Positions 62,348 through 64,000 of a stretch of DNA of 64,000 nucleotides are shown in pieces. A model generated the notes under the pieces. The model was not told the origin of the DNA, searched no databases, and saw only the letters and a program-made list of their open reading frames with translations. Each line of letters starts with the position of its first letter. The stretch's first letter is position 1. The position numbers and the translations under genes are program-made. Origin of the DNA: Pirellulaceae bacterium (lineage in GTDB: Bacteria; Planctomycetota; Planctomycetia; Pirellulales; Pirellulaceae); NCBI GenBank assembly GCA_028066335.1, contig JALCBQ010000001.1:13480-77479 (forward strand). The letters run 5' to 3'.

Positions 62348-64000
62348 ATGACGATAGCTGAAGTTTCGCATGGGGCAAAAATCTCAGATAATCTTCAACG
62401 TTTGTTGGACTCATTTAAGTCAGATTCGACTTCAAAGTATCCTGTCACTGTTCAAAAAGCGGTCTATTTAGCACAAATATTACAAGATCGTGCGGCAACC
62501 TTGCAGTCGAAACAAGAACGACGGCAGCAGGCCGAACTGGACAAAATGATCCAAAATCCCGAGGATAAGGTCACTCTTACGAAGCTAACCGACCAGGCTT
62601 TTCGTTCAAATAGCCCACATCGCTCGGTCGAGCAAATGATCTATATCCTCGATGTTCAAGGGATACCACGCTATTTTAGCGCCGTTGATAAGGCGCTGCT
62701 CAAGGGGTTTCAGTCGTTTGGGGGCTACTTGCCGGGGGTGGCGGCCCCGATGGTCAAGGACAAAATGCGTCAAGAAACGGCCAATGTCATCTTGCCCGCT
62801 GAAAAGGAGCACCTTGCCCGACACCTTCGAAATCGTCGTGAGATTGGCATTCGAATGAATGTAAATCATCTCGGAGAGGCACTTCTCGGAGAGAGCGAAG
62901 CACAAAACCGGCTTAAAACTTATTTGCAAACGTTGCAAATGCCAGAGATCGAGGTTATTTCGGTCAAGATCTCAACGATCTATTCTCAAATATGGCCGAT
63001 TGCCCGTCAACATACAGTGAACGAGTTGTGCGATCGGATGGAGCTGCTCTATCGAGCCGCTGCCAAATCGACCTTTACCCGGGCCGATGGGACTGTCGTT
63101 CCAAAATTTGTCTATCTCGATATGGAAGAATATCGTGACATGGCGATTACCTCGGAGGTCTTCATGAAGACCCTTGATCGCCCCGGCATGGAAAATATTA
63201 AAGCGGGTATTGTTCTTCAGGCTTATATTCCTGACTCTTACAGGGTTCAGAAGGAACTACTCGCTTGGGCCAAAGAACGGGTCGCCAATGGTGGGGCACC
63301 TCTGATGATGCGAATCGTCAAGGGGGCAAACATGGAGATGGAACGGGTCGAGGCCTCCATACGAGATTGGCCCCAAGCTCCCTATAAGCGGAAAATCGAC
63401 ACGGACGCGAATTATAAAAGAATGTTGCATGAAGGTCTTAAAAAAGAGAACCTCAATGCGATTCACCTTGGCATGGCTTCGCATAACCTCTTTGAATTAT
63501 CGTACAGCCTTGTAATGGCAGTCGAAAATAACGCGCTCGACAGAGTCCACTTTGAAATGCTCGAAGGGATGGCAAGCCACCAACGACGTGCCTTGTATGA
63601 AATGACTAACAACATGTTGTTGTACGCACCGGCCTGTAAAAAAGAAGATTTTATTCATGCCATCGGTTACTTGATTCGTCGTCTTGACGAAAACACAGGT
63701 CCTGAAAACTTCTTACGATACGCATTTAAAGTTTCAGTTGGCAGCTCCGACTGGAAAAAAATGGAAAAACTATTCCTCGATTCGTTCGATCTCGTTGAGA
63801 CCGTCTATGAAGAACCGCGACGGACCCAAAATCGTCAACTTCCAATTGAGCAACCCGATACCGCCAAGATGCGTTGGGAAGAGTTCATCAACGAACCTGA
63901 TACCGACTTTTCTCTGGAAAAAAATATCGAGTGGGCTCATGAACTCGCAAAAATCTGGAAGCCACGAAGTAACGAGACCGCTGTCGAGGTTCCTGTCGTC
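62348..64000 (+). CDS. putA: Bifunctional proline dehydrogenase / 1-pyrroline-5-carboxylate dehydrogenase PutA, N-terminal 551 aa (3-prime end outside window)
   Basis: Translated by hand, because it is open at the window end and absent from the ORF track: MTIAEVSHGAK... It contains NVNHLGEA, VYLDMEEY, LQAYIPDS, RIVKGANMEMER, ASHNLF, EMLEGMA and IGYLIRRLDENTGPENFL, which are proline dehydrogenase barrel motifs. The frame stays open for all 551 codons. Confidence 0.93.
   Translation, partial: MTIAEVSHGAKISDNLQRLLDSFKSDSTSKYPVTVQKAVYLAQILQDRAATLQSKQERRQQAELDKMIQNPEDKVTLTKLTDQAFRSNSPHRSVEQMIYILDVQGIPRYFSAVDKALLKGFQSFGGYLPGVAAPMVKDKMRQETANVILPAEKEHLARHLRNRREIGIRMNVNHLGEALLGESEAQNRLKTYLQTLQMPEIEVISVKISTIYSQIWPIARQHTVNELCDRMELLYRAAAKSTFTRADGTVVPKFVYLDMEEYRDMAITSEVFMKTLDRPGMENIKAGIVLQAYIPDSYRVQKELLAWAKERVANGGAPLMMRIVKGANMEMERVEASIRDWPQAPYKRKIDTDANYKRMLHEGLKKENLNAIHLGMASHNLFELSYSLVMAVENNALDRVHFEMLEGMASHQRRALYEMTNNMLLYAPACKKEDFIHAIGYLIRRLDENTGPENFLRYAFKVSVGSSDWKKMEKLFLDSFDLVETVYEEPRRTQNRQLPIEQPDTAKMRWEEFINEPDTDFSLEKNIEWAHELAKIWKPRSNETAVEVPVV

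Noticed and set aside
1-64000. Screened for tRNA/rRNA genes, CRISPR arrays, transposases/integrases, IS inverted repeats, prophage genes, toxin-antitoxin pairs and reverse transcriptases.
   Set aside because: None was recognised. I found no T-loop-like GGTTCGAATCC or GGTTCAAATCC motifs in intergenic DNA, no repeat-spacer arrays and no DDE, tyrosine- or serine-recombinase motifs in any ORF. The window appears to be stable core chromosome.

Overview
Gene-dense, mid-GC chromosomal window with about 48 supportable CDS. I found no rRNA, tRNA, CRISPR array, transposase or integrase. Much of it is core housekeeping: valS (5-prime truncated by the window), a hom / thrB-like / lysC threonine-branch operon, a groEL-groES-groEL-dnaJ-grpE chaperone supercluster, infA, metF, rpoD, rpmG (54 aa, absent from the ORF track), recJ and putA (3-prime truncated by the window). 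The gene content suggests a Planctomycetota-like organism: multiple chaperonins, TM-anchored prenyltransferase/squalene-oxidase-repeat protein, large Asp-box propeller protein, alternative GlmU-like protein, frequent GTG/TTG starts. That assignment is inference only. The best candidate for an undescribed system is a minus-strand three-gene envelope module at 31.8-37.3 kb. It encodes (i) a tandem GAF-like / TM / HlyD-like adaptor, (ii) a plain HlyD-like adaptor, and (iii) a fusion of a PqqD/RRE-like N-domain, an intact site-2-protease (M50) core and a HlyD-like C-terminus. No pump, outer-membrane factor or substrate peptide is encoded next to it. Other points worth a second look:
- Two tandem, highly diverged paralogous secreted ~560-aa proteins of unknown function, with palindromic candidate operators upstream.
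- A near-consensus sigma54 -24/-12 element upstream of groEL copy 1.
- A phosphoglycerate-mutase-like 'proposed homoserine kinase' between hom and lysC.
- An AtuA (DUF1446)-centred acyl-CoA cassette.
- A perfect 5 x 13-bp tandem repeat that starts at a stop codon.
- A Cys4 insertion in ValRS.
- An AsmA-like 1209-aa protein co-oriented with VOC and MBL enzymes.
All functional calls rest on motif and family recognition by eye. No database search was run.
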